From Thermococcus sp. (GTDB taxonomy: Archaea > Methanobacteriota_B > Thermococci > Thermococcales > Thermococcaceae), in assembly GCF_027011145.1 (NCBI RefSeq), contig NZ_JALVAO010000068.1, forward strand, positions 43,797-107,796: 64,000 nucleotides of DNA. Reading direction: 5' to 3'. How positions within the stretch are numbered: the first letter of the stretch is position 1; each line of letters opens with the position of its first letter. The notes beneath the pieces are model-generated. The model did no database searches. It worked only from the letters and a program-made list of their open reading frames with translations, and was not told where the DNA came from. Of this stretch, positions 27,517 through 37,290 are shown one piece after another. Position numbers and translations under genes: made by a program.

Positions 27517-29910
27517 TCACGCTCCGCGTGACTGTTTGAACTGCTCCTGTATCTTCCTGTAGTATTCCATCGTCTCTTTGCTGACGCTCGGGCCAATCTT
27601 CTTGAGGGCCTCCTCGAAGTCCTTCATAGTTACCTTGACCTTTTTCCTGATTTCGTCGGCCCTCATGCCGGGCTTGATGATGCCCTCCTGAAGTGCCCTT
27701 CTCATTGCGAGCATTGCCGCCTCTCTCACCACGGCCGCTATGTCGGCACCGGTGTAGCCCTCGGTTCTCTTCGCCAGCTCCTCGAGGCTTACATCCTCAG
27801 CCAGCGGAACCTTCCTGGTGTGCACCTTGAATATCTCCAGCCTGGCTTTCTCGTCAGGCGCTGGGACGAGTATCAGCCTGTCAAACCTTCCTGGCCTCAG
27901 CAGTGCCGGATCAATGATATCCGGCCTGTTGGTGGCACCTATAACCACTACGCCACTGTTCTCCTGAATTCCGTCCATCTCGGTGAGGAGCTGGTTGATG
28001 AGCCTGTCCGTAACGCGGTTGACGTCGGTTCCCCTGCGCGGTGCTATGGCGTCAATCTCGTCGATGAATATCACCGTCGGAGCGGCCTGGCGAGCCTTCC
28101 TGAATATCTCGCGGATGTTCTTCTCGCTCTCACCAACCCACTTGCTCAGCACTTCTGGACCCTTGATGGCTATGAAGTTGGCCTGGCTCTCGTTTGCTAC
28201 GGCCTTAGCGAGCAAAGTCTTACCCGTTCCGGGCGGGCCGTAGAGGAGGATTCCCTTCGGTGGAGTGATTCCGAGTCCCTGGAAGGCCTCTGGGTATTTG
28301 AGTGGCCATTCGACTGCTTCTCTGAGTTCTTGTTTAACATCTTCGAGGCCTCCTATGTCGTCCCAGCGGACGTTTGGAACCTCGAGGAGGACTTCTCTCA
28401 ACGCTGAAGGCTCGACCATCTTGAGGGCCTCATAGAAGTCCTTCCTGGTGACCTTGAGCTCCTCAAGGACTTCCCTCGGTATGTGCTCGGCCTCGAAGTC
28501 AATCTTGCCCTCCTTGATGAGCCTTCTTAGAGCTGCCATCGCGGCCTCTCTCGCTAGAGCGGCAAGGTCAGCACCGACGAATCCGTGGGTTATCTCTGCC
28601 AGCTCCTCGAGGAGAGCGTCTATGAGCCTCGCCTTGACCTCGTCGTAGAGTCTCTCGTCAACATCGCGGAGTGCCCTCTTTATCTCCTCCTCGTCCTTGG
28701 CCTTCTCGACCTTCTCTATGGCCCTGTCTATAACATCCCTGAACCTCTCGTCACCGCGGAGCTTCTCGAGTATCTCTATCACCTTGTCCCTCCTGAAGTC
28801 GGGCTCGATTGGCATTCCTCTGGTGTGTATCTGGAGTATCTCTTTTCTGCCCTGTTTGTCGGGAACGCCGACCTCGATTTCCCTGTCAAACCTTCCCGGC
28901 CTCCTCAAAGCCGGGTCAATGGCATCAGGCCTGTTGGTAGCACCTATGACTATGACCTTTCCGCGACTCTTGAGGCCGTCCATTAGCGTGAGCAGCTGGC
29001 TCACAACCCTCTTCTCAACCTCACCGTGGGTCTCTTCCCTCTTTGGAGCGATGCTGTCAATCTCGTCTATGAAGATTATCGCCGGTGCGTTCTCTTCGGC
29101 CTCCTTGAAGACTTCCCTGAGGCGCTCCTCGCTCTCACCGTAGTACTTGCTCATTATCTCCGGACCGTTGATGGCTATGAAGTGTGCATTAGCTTCGTTT
29201 GCCACGGCCTTAGCGAGGAGAGTCTTACCAGTTCCCGGCGGGCCGTAGAGGAGAACTCCCTTAGGTGGCTCGATGCCGAGCTTCTCGAATATCTCCGGGT
29301 GCTTGAGTGGGAGCTCTATCATCTCCCTGACCTTCTGGATGACGTCCTTGAGACCACCGATGTCCTCGTATGTGACTCCGAGTGTTGCAGTCTTGCTGAC
29401 TTCCTTGACGGGCTTCTCACTGACCTGGAAGTCTGTGAACTCGGTTATCTGAACGATTCCGGCTGGAGTAGTTGCGGTAACGACGAAGGTCAGCTCCTGA
29501 CCAAGGATTCCTATTTTTATGTAGTCTCCCCTAACGACGGGCCTCCCCACGAGCCTGCTGTGAAGCCACTCCACGAAGTCCCTGCCGAAGCGAATCGGCT
29601 CGGTTGGGGCGACGATGACCTTTTTGGCCTCCTTAACGTCGGCCTTCCTAACCGTAACCTCGTCACCAAGGCCAACGCCGGCGTTCTTCCTTATGGTTCC
29701 GTCCATTCTGATTATGTTCAGTCCCTCGTCCTCTGGGTAAGCTGGCCAGACTACAGCGGCCGTGTTCTTGGTACCAATAATCTCGACTATGTCACCCGGC
29801 TGGACGCCGAGTTCGCGCATAGCTTTTCTGTCAATTCTCACGATTCCCCTACCGACGTCTCTCTGATAAGCTGACGCGACCTTAAGCTTGATTTCCTTTC
29901 TCTCGGCCAT
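27517..29910 (-). CDS. cdc48: CDC48/VCP/VAT-type AAA+ ATPase
   Basis: 797 aa. An N-domain is followed by two AAA modules, each with GPPGTGKT Walker A and DEID Walker B, and second-region-of-homology motifs. Confidence 0.95.
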   Translation of the reverse strand: MAERKEIKLKVASAYQRDVGRGIVRIDRKAMRELGVQPGDIVEIIGTKNTAAVVWPAYPEDEGLNIIRMDGTIRKNAGVGLGDEVTVRKADVKEAKKVIVAPTEPIRFGRDFVEWLHSRLVGRPVVRGDYIKIGILGQELTFVVTATTPAGIVQITEFTDFQVSEKPVKEVSKTATLGVTYEDIGGLKDVIQKVREMIELPLKHPEIFEKLGIEPPKGVLLYGPPGTGKTLLAKAVANEANAHFIAINGPEIMSKYYGESEERLREVFKEAEENAPAIIFIDEIDSIAPKREETHGEVEKRVVSQLLTLMDGLKSRGKVIVIGATNRPDAIDPALRRPGRFDREIEVGVPDKQGRKEILQIHTRGMPIEPDFRRDKVIEILEKLRGDERFRDVIDRAIEKVEKAKDEEEIKRALRDVDERLYDEVKARLIDALLEELAEITHGFVGADLAALAREAAMAALRRLIKEGKIDFEAEHIPREVLEELKVTRKDFYEALKMVEPSALREVLLEVPNVRWDDIGGLEDVKQELREAVEWPLKYPEAFQGLGITPPKGILLYGPPGTGKTLLAKAVANESQANFIAIKGPEVLSKWVGESEKNIREIFRKARQAAPTVIFIDEIDAIAPRRGTDVNRVTDRLINQLLTEMDGIQENSGVVVIGATNRPDIIDPALLRPGRFDRLILVPAPDEKARLEIFKVHTRKVPLAEDVSLEELAKRTEGYTGADIAAVVREAAMLAMRRALQEGIIKPGMRADEIRKKVKVTMKDFEEALKKIGPSVSKETMEYYRKIQEQFKQSRGA

Positions 29911-29967
29911 TTTACATCACCTCCAGTTCTGTGACCGATGATTTTGATTCATCTTCTGATTTTATTT

Positions 29968-30102
29968 CCCGACTCCCGTCGGGGGTGTAGGGGGCAAAAG
30001 CCCCCTCGGAGTTTAAATCAAAGTGGGGGTCGTGGGGCGAAGCCCCACATCGGGGGTTTGATGGTAGAGGAAGATAAGGGGGTGTCCCCCTTGTCTTTCC
30101 TC
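29968..30102. other. Four consecutive GC-rich stem-loops in the hsp20-cdc48 intergenic region
   Basis: CCCGAC-tccc-GTCGGG (29968-29983). GGGGGC-aaaa-GCCCCC (29990-30005). GTGGGGC-gaa-GCCCCAC (30032-30048). AAGGGGG-tgt-CCCCCTT with extended imperfect arms (30067-30102), which directly abuts the hsp20 stop. Confidence 0.5.
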
Positions 30103-30103
30103 T

Positions 30104-30586
30104 TCACTCAATTTTGACCTCAAATCCCTCTTCGCTCTCCTTCTTGGGGGCCTTCTTGGGCAGTTCGATTTCAAGGACGCCGTTGTTGTACCTCGCTTTG
30201 GCCTTCTCAGGAATGACCTCCTCCGGGAGCCTGATGACTCTGCGGTAGCCACTGTAGTAGCGCTCGATTCTTATCGCGCCTTCTTCTTCAAGCTCCTTCT
30301 CGCGCTTTATCTGGGCTTCAATGTAAACGGTGTCTTCAGTAACGCGGAGCTTAATGTCTTCCTTCCTGACTCCCGGGAGTTCGACCGTTATGATGAACCT
30401 GTCACCGCGGTCAAAGATGTCCACGAAGGGCTCTCTCCAGGTCTCGCTGATCCCAATTCCCCTTGGCTCGCGGTAGCTCCAGATTCTTGGCCCCCTCATG
30501 AAGTCCCTGAAGATGGCGTCAATCTCCTCCTGTATTTCCCTCATTATGTCGAAGGGGTCCCAGTAGCGGTCCCTCCTCCAGACCAT
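30104..30586 (-). CDS. hsp20: Small heat-shock protein (Hsp20/alpha-crystallin family)
   Basis: 160 aa with an alpha-crystallin domain (VDIFDRGDRFIITVELPGVRKEDIKLRV...NGVLEIELPK). Confidence 0.9.
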   Translation of the reverse strand: MVWRRDRYWDPFDIMREIQEEIDAIFRDFMRGPRIWSYREPRGIGISETWREPFVDIFDRGDRFIITVELPGVRKEDIKLRVTEDTVYIEAQIKREKELEEEGAIRIERYYSGYRRVIRLPEEVIPEKAKARYNNGVLEIELPKKAPKKESEEGFEVKIE

Positions 30587-30646
30587 CGGGCATCACCTCC
30601 CGACGGTCTTCCTTTTGGTTACCGATAGTTACTAAAAAGAGAACCC

Positions 30647-30654
30647 TTTATAAA
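30647..30654 (-). promoter_or_regulatory. Candidate TATA box of hsp20 (AAAAGTTTATAAAGG on the coding strand)
   Basis: TTTATAAA preceded by a purine-rich BRE-like AAAAG, about 60 nt upstream of the hsp20 ATG. Confidence 0.4.
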
Positions 30655-30964
30655 CTTTTCGATTTAAGATACGAGAAGTGATTAAAATTGAGACACATAA
30701 CAGAAGAGCAAGCTCAAGCAGGGAGGATAGAAAAGGGTGCCCGGCTCCGGGGCATCACCCCCTTTGAGTCTTCTGCTGATTTGAGCCCATGTTCTCAGGC
30801 CACGGGAGCACTGCCACGAGCCCGCAACTTTTTCTACGTAATTCAATTCTATGTGAATATCTTCCTGTAATTAGCTAGGAATTTCGAATATATTAAGGTT
30901 TCGGTTTGATGTTTGTCCCATGCTCAAAACTCGTCAGTTTTATCATACGAAATTTGGCTATAAT

Positions 30965-31822
30965 TCATAAATTAATTTTCTGTTTCGGAGAAATGTCAAT
31001 TGCGTTGTGGCCGAGACCGTTAAGAATTCTAGCAAACTCCCGGGCAAAGCCGTAGACCGTGAAAATCCGCTCTGGCTTAACCTTCTCGACTATCCTCATT
31101 AGCTCCCAGAAGTCTGCGTGGTTGCTCAGTTTAAGTCCTCCAAAGCCCGAAACAATCAGTTCCCATGGCGATAGTGAATTCTCGACCCTTGGTGAACGGT
31201 AGGAGCGCAGAACAACTTCACCTTCGTTATCAATGTTTCCAAATTTTATTCCGAACTTCGAGTAGACCTTGGCAATCTTCAGGATTTCCCTAGAGGGCTT
31301 TACCGTTATCCCGTGAACGTCGAGTATCTTCATTACTTCCTGCGCCTTTCCCATCTGATTTACGTACAACGTGGGCCTTCTCCCCCTGTCGAGGGCTTCT
31401 TCCACAAAGGCTACGAGCTTTTTCTCTGCCTCTCTCGGCGCTGGGAAGGTAAAGCTTGGAACGCCGAACGTTGCTTCGATTATCAGAAAATCCGCCCTTG
31501 GAAACCTGCTCTTTTCTGCTGTTCTCAGCTTAAACCACTTTGTATCACCGGTGTAGAAGAGCGTCCCGTTTTCGAGCCAGAGCTTTATCCCCGCAGAGCC
31601 GAGCATATGACCGGCGGGATAGAGCTTTGCCTTGATGTCACCGATGTAAAACTTCTTTCTAAATCCAACCTCCCTGTAGAATCCGCCCTTTCTTAGGTGG
31701 CTTAGAAACTTAGTTGCCCTAGTTGCGAAGATTACCTTCCCACTCACGAAGTGGTCGCTGTGGGCGTGGCTCTGGAATGCTATCCTTGAGGAGCTGTCGA
31801 GACCTATTTCTTCAACAATCAT
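30965..31822 (-). CDS. MBL-fold hydrolase, short beta-CASP-like (COG1236-type RNA/DNA-processing nuclease family)
   Basis: HAHSDH motif, AGHMLGSAG, GDTKW, and a C-terminal SNHAD. 285 aa. Confidence 0.6.
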   Translation of the reverse strand: MIVEEIGLDSSSRIAFQSHAHSDHFVSGKVIFATRATKFLSHLRKGGFYREVGFRKKFYIGDIKAKLYPAGHMLGSAGIKLWLENGTLFYTGDTKWFKLRTAEKSRFPRADFLIIEATFGVPSFTFPAPREAEKKLVAFVEEALDRGRRPTLYVNQMGKAQEVMKILDVHGITVKPSREILKIAKVYSKFGIKFGNIDNEGEVVLRSYRSPRVENSLSPWELIVSGFGGLKLSNHADFWELMRIVEKVKPERIFTVYGFAREFARILNGLGHNAIDISPKQKINL

Positions 31823-31854
31823 CGGAAAAACTTTGGGGAAACGGGTTTAAAGCC

Positions 31855-32142
31855 TTAGACCCTGTTCAGCATACCCATCAGCGGGTAGTACACATCATCT
31901 AAGGACTCCTTTCCATCAACTGGATACTTGAAGAGAACTTCCCTGCCAGAAACGTCGAACTCCGGGCCCTCAGCCTTTCCCGGGACGAATTTAACCTCAA
32001 CAACTTCAAGCATGTCAACTCCCTTGAGCAGGGCTTTCCCCACAAGCGTTCCCCGGGATATACCCCTTGAAAATACTTCCTCAAGCTTGGGTCTTAATCC
32101 AGTAACCCACTTTGAACTAGCTTTTCGTGTGAGAACTTGCAT
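31855..32142 (-). CDS. Hypothetical 95-aa protein
   Basis: Strong GGAGGTGAT before the ATG. No recognisable domain. Confidence 0.5.
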   Translation of the reverse strand: MQVLTRKASSKWVTGLRPKLEEVFSRGISRGTLVGKALLKGVDMLEVVEVKFVPGKAEGPEFDVSGREVLFKYPVDGKESLDDVYYPLMGMLNRV

Positions 32143-32316
32143 TGCATCACCTCCGCAAATTTTTCGAGAATATTGTTTACAAATCGAATCTTATTAAATT
32201 TTTGATTGGAAAATTGTCTAAAATACCAAAATTGCTTAATATTGATGGTAGAGTATTGTCATTCTACTAAACAGTCCTTCTCGAGAGTTTGGAAAAAACA
32301 GAAAAGATTATGAAAA

Positions 32317-34587
32317 CTACCTAAGTTTCCTTAAAACGAGCAAGACCAGTAAGAGGGCTCCACCGCCAATTGGATAGAGATATGCACTGCCATTCTTGGC
32401 GTTAATGTTTGAGACCTGAGTGGTCGGTTTTTCAGTACTTGAAGGACTTTCGATTGGAGTTCCAGTTTCTGTGAATTCTGGTTTGAGATCTAGGGTAATG
32501 TTCAGAGTCTCGTTTGGCCTCAGGAGTATTTCCTTTTCATATGGCACGTATCCTTCCAATGCGAGTTTTAATACATGCTTACCTGAAAGAAGTTTGTAGT
32601 TCTTTAATGGGGTTTTTCCAACCGGCTTGCCATCTATGTAAACTTTTGCTCCCCTTGGATGAGATTCTATCCACAAATATGCATACTGAGGTTCAAGATT
32701 AACTTTGATACTTGTTGTTATCCATGCTTTTACTTCGACTTCAGTTGTGTAGTTAGCGTAGCCCTCCTTTGTCACTTTCACCCCGTACTTTCCAACAGGT
32801 ATCACTAAGTAAAGTGGCGTCTTTCCGCGGTAACTGCCATTTATATAGACATCTGCTTCAGACGGGTTTGATGTGATATACAATCCACCTTCAATGGCTT
32901 TTAGTGTAGCATTAACTAATATTGTTTTATTCGGGAGTATTTCGATTGTCTTGGTGTAATTTTGATACCCTTCTTTTTCAATGGCAATCTCGTGACGTCC
33001 TGTTTGTACTTCTTTGTGTTCGATGGGTGTTTTACCGATGTAGGTGTCATCAATGTAAACTTTGGCGCCTGATGGTGTTGAATATACAGAAATGAAACCG
33101 TAGTTAGGGGTTAGGTTCACTACGAGACTTCTTTGCTCTCCGGGATATAAAACAACAGTGGTATTAAGTCTCTCATATTTTTCTTTTGTTATCCCAATTT
33201 CATACGTTCCTGATGGTAGCGATATATTAAGGGGTGTAACCCCAATGTACTTTCCGTTTATATATACTTGAGCCTTTGGAGGGTTTGAGACTATGTTGAG
33301 GATAGAGGGTGCGTATATGAGTTTGGTTTTCACATGCAATGTTGCTGGGTTGGCCAAGGAATTTTTCACCTGGACAGAAGGTGTGTCTATCTTGGCCTTA
33401 GAATCCTTGGCTTGGATTTCAATGGGTTTTCCAACAAGACCAATGCCGGTGGAGTTAAGTATGAGGCCCTGCGGGGAAACGTACAAGATTACGCCCTCTT
33501 CCTCGATGTGACCCCCTCCGAATGCTTTATCTTTATCTATTATTAATGCAGAAACGTAGGCATTCCTGAGAATGAGGCCTCTATCTACGCTCCAGTTTGA
33601 AAGCAAGACTATCCAGGAGTTTCCGTTTTCTCCGAAGTTGCTGGTATATCCTGCTAGGATAATTTTTTCATTTAGAACACCCAATCCAAGAATTCTGTCC
33701 CATTTTTTGGTCCCATATACCCAAGAGTCTATGACCTCTCCATTTTCATTGATTTCAACAACCCACCCATCTTCATTCCCACTGCCAAAACTGTATGTTC
33801 GTCCTGCTATGAGAACGTCCCCTGAATCCAGGGGAAGAACTGTCGAAATGTCATCCCATCTATTCCCTCCGTACGTTTTTTGCCACACTATGTTTCCATC
33901 TCCTGTTAATCTTAGAATCCATGCGTCCATGTCTCCGTTTCCAAAACTGCCAGTATAACCACCGACAATTATATCGTTGCTTTCGGTTATCCCCACAGTC
34001 GTTGCTACATCTATGCCCCCACCGCCGTATGTTTTCTGCCACAGAACGTTACCATCTTCATCTAAGAATAGCACCCATACGTCTGAGCTACCACTGCCAA
34101 AACTCCACGTGTACCCTACAGCTATAATCCGACCTTGAGGTGTTATCGTCAAATCGGTAATACCGTCTAAATTGTTGCCTCCATATGTTCTTTGCCATAT
34201 TATCCTCCCATCGTCGTTGCTTAACTTGAGAACCCAAGCATCCCCGTTGCTCCCGAAGCTTTTGGTGTATCCTGCCACTACAATCTCTCCATCTGGGGTT
34301 ATTCCTACTGCCGTTGCACCGTCGTCTGAGGGTCCTCCATAGCTTCTTGCCCAGATAACGTCACCCGTTTGGTTAAGTTTCATAACGAAGGCATCTTTGC
34401 TTCCGCTTGAGTTACTGTAACCAACTGCGATTATATATCCTCCCGGGGATATTGCTATGTCTTTGATTATTGCTGTTCCTGCTATGCTATAGGTCTTGGC
34501 CCAATATGGAAACCCCATTGCTAACGTTGGGGCTATTATCATGGGAACAGTAAAGATAGCAATAAGCAAACTCAATTCTCTTTTCAT
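32317..34587 (-). CDS. Secreted, C-terminally anchored protein: beta-propeller (SBBP-like) repeats plus four PEGA domains
   Basis: Signal peptide, then at least five repeats of about 48 aa (W-x-[KR]-[TS]-YGG...D...[IV]...DG.I[IV].G.T.SFG...D.W[VI]L.L...G..[IV]W). Four PEGA-type modules follow (A[KQD]VYI[ND]G.Y.G.TPL...G.[HY].[IV]...EGY). The end has a Ser/Thr-rich segment, a TM helix and RKLR. The gene is AT-rich. Confidence 0.7.
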   Translation of the reverse strand: MKRELSLLIAIFTVPMIIAPTLAMGFPYWAKTYSIAGTAIIKDIAISPGGYIIAVGYSNSSGSKDAFVMKLNQTGDVIWARSYGGPSDDGATAVGITPDGEIVVAGYTKSFGSNGDAWVLKLSNDDGRIIWQRTYGGNNLDGITDLTITPQGRIIAVGYTWSFGSGSSDVWVLFLDEDGNVLWQKTYGGGGIDVATTVGITESNDIIVGGYTGSFGNGDMDAWILRLTGDGNIVWQKTYGGNRWDDISTVLPLDSGDVLIAGRTYSFGSGNEDGWVVEINENGEVIDSWVYGTKKWDRILGLGVLNEKIILAGYTSNFGENGNSWIVLLSNWSVDRGLILRNAYVSALIIDKDKAFGGGHIEEEGVILYVSPQGLILNSTGIGLVGKPIEIQAKDSKAKIDTPSVQVKNSLANPATLHVKTKLIYAPSILNIVSNPPKAQVYINGKYIGVTPLNISLPSGTYEIGITKEKYERLNTTVVLYPGEQRSLVVNLTPNYGFISVYSTPSGAKVYIDDTYIGKTPIEHKEVQTGRHEIAIEKEGYQNYTKTIEILPNKTILVNATLKAIEGGLYITSNPSEADVYINGSYRGKTPLYLVIPVGKYGVKVTKEGYANYTTEVEVKAWITTSIKVNLEPQYAYLWIESHPRGAKVYIDGKPVGKTPLKNYKLLSGKHVLKLALEGYVPYEKEILLRPNETLNITLDLKPEFTETGTPIESPSSTEKPTTQVSNINAKNGSAYLYPIGGGALLLVLLVLRKLR

Positions 34588-34823
34588 AGCTCATCCCCGG
34601 CGGTAAGTATTGTGATATTTTTGAGTTTGCTATTTTAAACTTTAAATTTAAATATTTTATGAATTAGTTTGAAACAAAAACTTAATCAAATTTTATTGGC
34701 TACTCTTATGCATTTCTAGTGCCCTCTGCCTTAAACTGGACTTTTTATCCAATGCCAAAATGAACCTTGAGCTATGTAAAAGGTTTTTATAGTTCTCCAC
34801 CCTACCCTAAGCGGTGGTTGATT

Positions 34824-36512
34824 ATGACATTCGATAAGGAAAAGCTCGCCAAGATTCGCGAGGAGGAGAAGCGCTGGGAGGAAACCACCGTCAGAAAGTT
34901 CATCGAGAAGAGGCCCGAGAGAAAGGAGAAGTTCATGACGGATGACGGCTTCGAGATTAAGAGGCTCTACACTCCCGCTGACCTCGGCGAGGACTGGGAT
35001 TATCTCGAAAAACTCGGCTTTCCCGGCGAGTATCCGTTCACGAGAGGCGTTTACGCCACGATGTACCGTGGCAGGTTCTGGACCATGAGGCAGTACGCCG
35101 GTTACGCGACCGCGGAAGAGAGCAACAAGCGCTACAAATACCTCCTCAGTCAGGGCCAAACAGGACTGAGCGTTGCCTTTGATTTACCGACCCAGCTCGG
35201 CTACGACAGCGACCACCCGATGGCGGAAGGCGAGGTCGGTAAGGTGGGAGTTGCGATTGATTCCCTCTGGGACATGGAGATACTCTTCGACGGAATTCCT
35301 CTCGACAAGGTTTCCACGAGCATGACGATAAACTCAACAGCTGCAAACCTTCTTGCGATGTACATTCTCGTTGCCGAAAAGCAGGGTGTTACTCAGGACA
35401 AGCTCCGCGGAACCGTTCAAAACGACATTCTGAAGGAGTACATCGCACGTGGCACCTACATATTCCCGCCCCAGCCCAGCATGAGGCTTACAACTGATAT
35501 CATAATGTACTGTGCCGAGAACATTCCGAAGTGGAACTCGATAAGCATAAGCGGTTACCACATCCGCGAAGCGGGAGCAAACGCCGTCCAGGAGGTTGCC
35601 TTCACCCTCGCTGACGGTATCGAGTACGTTAAGGCCGTTATTGACCGCGGTATGGACGTTGACAAGTTTGCAGGAAGGCTGAGCTTCTTCTTCAACGCCC
35701 ACAACAACTTCCTTGAGGAGATTGCAAAGTTTAGAGCGGCCAGAAGGCTCTGGGCCTACATCATGAAGGAGTGGTTCAATGCCAAGAACCCGCGCTCGAT
35801 GATGCTCCGCTTCCATACCCAAACAGCGGGCTCAACGCTCACCGCCCAGCAGCCCGAGAACAACATTGTTAGGGTTGCGATTCAGGCCCTCGCCGCTGTC
35901 CTCGGAGGAACGCAGAGTTTGCACACCAACAGTTACGATGAAGCGCTGAGTCTTCCAACGGAGAAGAGCGTGAGGATAGCCCTAAGGACCCAGCAGATTA
36001 TAGCCTATGAGAGTGGCGTTGTTGACACCGTTGACCCGCTCGGCGGTGCCTATTACATCGAGTGGCTCACCGACCACATCTACGAGGAGGCGCTAAAGTA
36101 TATCGAGAAGATTCAGAAGATGGGCGGAATGATGAGGGCAATCGAGCGCGGTTACATTCAGAAGGAGATAGCCGATGCAGCCTATAAGTACCAGAAGGAA
36201 ATCGAGGAGGGTAAGAGGATAATCGTCGGCGTCAACAAGTTCCAGACCGACGAGCCGATTGAGGTTGAGATACTCAAGGTCGACCCGAGCATCAGGGACA
36301 AGCAGATTGAGAGGCTCAAGAAACTCCGCTCAGTAAGAGATAGCAAAAAGGTAGAAGAATCACTTGATAAACTTAGGAACGCGGCCGAGACCGAGGATGA
36401 AAACCTTATGCCCTACATCATCGGGGCCCACAGGCATTTGGCGACGCTCGGCGAAGTTACAGACGTCCTGAGAGAGGTCTGGGGCGAGTATAGAGCACCG
36501 CTGATATTCTGA
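34824..36512 (+). CDS. Methylmalonyl-CoA mutase, large (catalytic) subunit
   Basis: ORF trimmed to [15 protein letters not shown] after GGTGG. Contains [42 protein letters not shown]. No B12-binding domain is present in this ORF. Confidence 0.9.
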   Translation: MTFDKEKLAKIREEEKRWEETTVRKFIEKRPERKEKFMTDDGFEIKRLYTPADLGEDWDYLEKLGFPGEYPFTRGVYATMYRGRFWTMRQYAGYATAEESNKRYKYLLSQGQTGLSVAFDLPTQLGYDSDHPMAEGEVGKVGVAIDSLWDMEILFDGIPLDKVSTSMTINSTAANLLAMYILVAEKQGVTQDKLRGTVQNDILKEYIARGTYIFPPQPSMRLTTDIIMYCAENIPKWNSISISGYHIREAGANAVQEVAFTLADGIEYVKAVIDRGMDVDKFAGRLSFFFNAHNNFLEEIAKFRAARRLWAYIMKEWFNAKNPRSMMLRFHTQTAGSTLTAQQPENNIVRVAIQALAAVLGGTQSLHTNSYDEALSLPTEKSVRIALRTQQIIAYESGVVDTVDPLGGAYYIEWLTDHIYEEALKYIEKIQKMGGMMRAIERGYIQKEIADAAYKYQKEIEEGKRIIVGVNKFQTDEPIEVEILKVDPSIRDKQIERLKKLRSVRDSKKVEESLDKLRNAAETEDENLMPYIIGAHRHLATLGEVTDVLREVWGEYRAPLIF

Positions 36513-36678
36513 TTGGGCTTTTTAGCTCCAAATATTTTTTGGTTCTATTTACATTTACTTCCTTTTAGTAAAGTTTTTTCCGAGATTTTTTGAAGGATAT
36601 TCGAAACATTAGCTGGATATCCAGAAGAATAGAAGGGTTTTTAAACCGTTGGCCTGAGCGTCCTTTGGTGATGGGAGG

Positions 36679-37290
36679 GTGAAGTTCAAGGGTAAAGCCT
36701 TTGGCAACGTCGTGAGGATTGAGTTCGACATACTCACCCTCGGCGAGCTTAAGATTGAGGATTTGAGAGACTTTGACGTTGATTCCCTTAAGATAGAGCT
36801 CAAGCCGACCTCATCTGGTATAAAGGTCATCGGTATATGGGAGGGGCCCGTTGAGAAAGCCGGAGAGGGTATAAAGAAGGCCCTCGAAGAGAGTTACAAG
36901 CTCCGCGAGAGGATTCTGAACAGGATTAGGAGCAAAACCGAGGCGATACGCTCGACCATGCTCCAGCTCGGCTTCAAGGAGGCCGTTGAAGGCTACGGAA
37001 GCGTCCTCCGCTTCGTCAAGAAGGTCGGCCCCTACGAGATAGTCGTCGTCGCTTCAACCACCGATGAAGTGGTCCGCGTAGAGGTCTACGGTAATGAGGG
37101 CAAAATCCTCAGCCCGGAACTCGAGAGCATCTTTGAGGACGTGGAGGTTGAAGAGCTCGAAATTTACGACTTCGACGACGGAAAGGAGGAGAGGCTGGTA
37201 ATAAACCTCGAGATACCGCGCAACGAGGACAAACCCGAGAAGAAGATAGTGGAAGCAATAAAGATGATAGAGAACATGCTAATGACGTAG
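36679..37290 (+). CDS. Hypothetical acidic protein
   Basis: GTG start after GGTGATGGGAGG. 203 aa, Glu-rich. Converges tail-to-tail (0-nt gap) with the Mrr-like gene. Confidence 0.45.
   Translation: MKFKGKAFGNVVRIEFDILTLGELKIEDLRDFDVDSLKIELKPTSSGIKVIGIWEGPVEKAGEGIKKALEESYKLRERILNRIRSKTEAIRSTMLQLGFKEAVEGYGSVLRFVKKVGPYEIVVVASTTDEVVRVEVYGNEGKILSPELESIFEDVEVEELEIYDFDDGKEERLVINLEIPRNEDKPEKKIVEAIKMIENMLMT

Noticed and set aside
27820-29874. Long + strand ORFs (27820..28407, 28585..28986, 28697..29143, 29026..29874) inside the CDC48 locus
   Set aside because: They are antisense to an unambiguous double-Walker AAA+ ATPase. Their products are low-complexity (Leu/Ser/Val/Asp-rich), they lack SD-like motifs, and such ORFs are typical of the antisense strand of GC3-rich genes.
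29938-30117. Small + strand ORF of about 59 aa (MILIHLLILFPDSRRGCRGQKPP...) across the hsp20-cdc48 spacer
   Set aside because: It is made of the hairpin G/C runs, has no SD motif, and runs antisense into the hsp20 3' end. An RNA or DNA structure explains the sequence better than a coding function.
30688-30870. 60-aa + strand ORF upstream of hsp20
   Set aside because: It has a TTG start, no SD-like motif, an odd composition, and it runs through the hairpin/T-tract region. It is probably non-coding.
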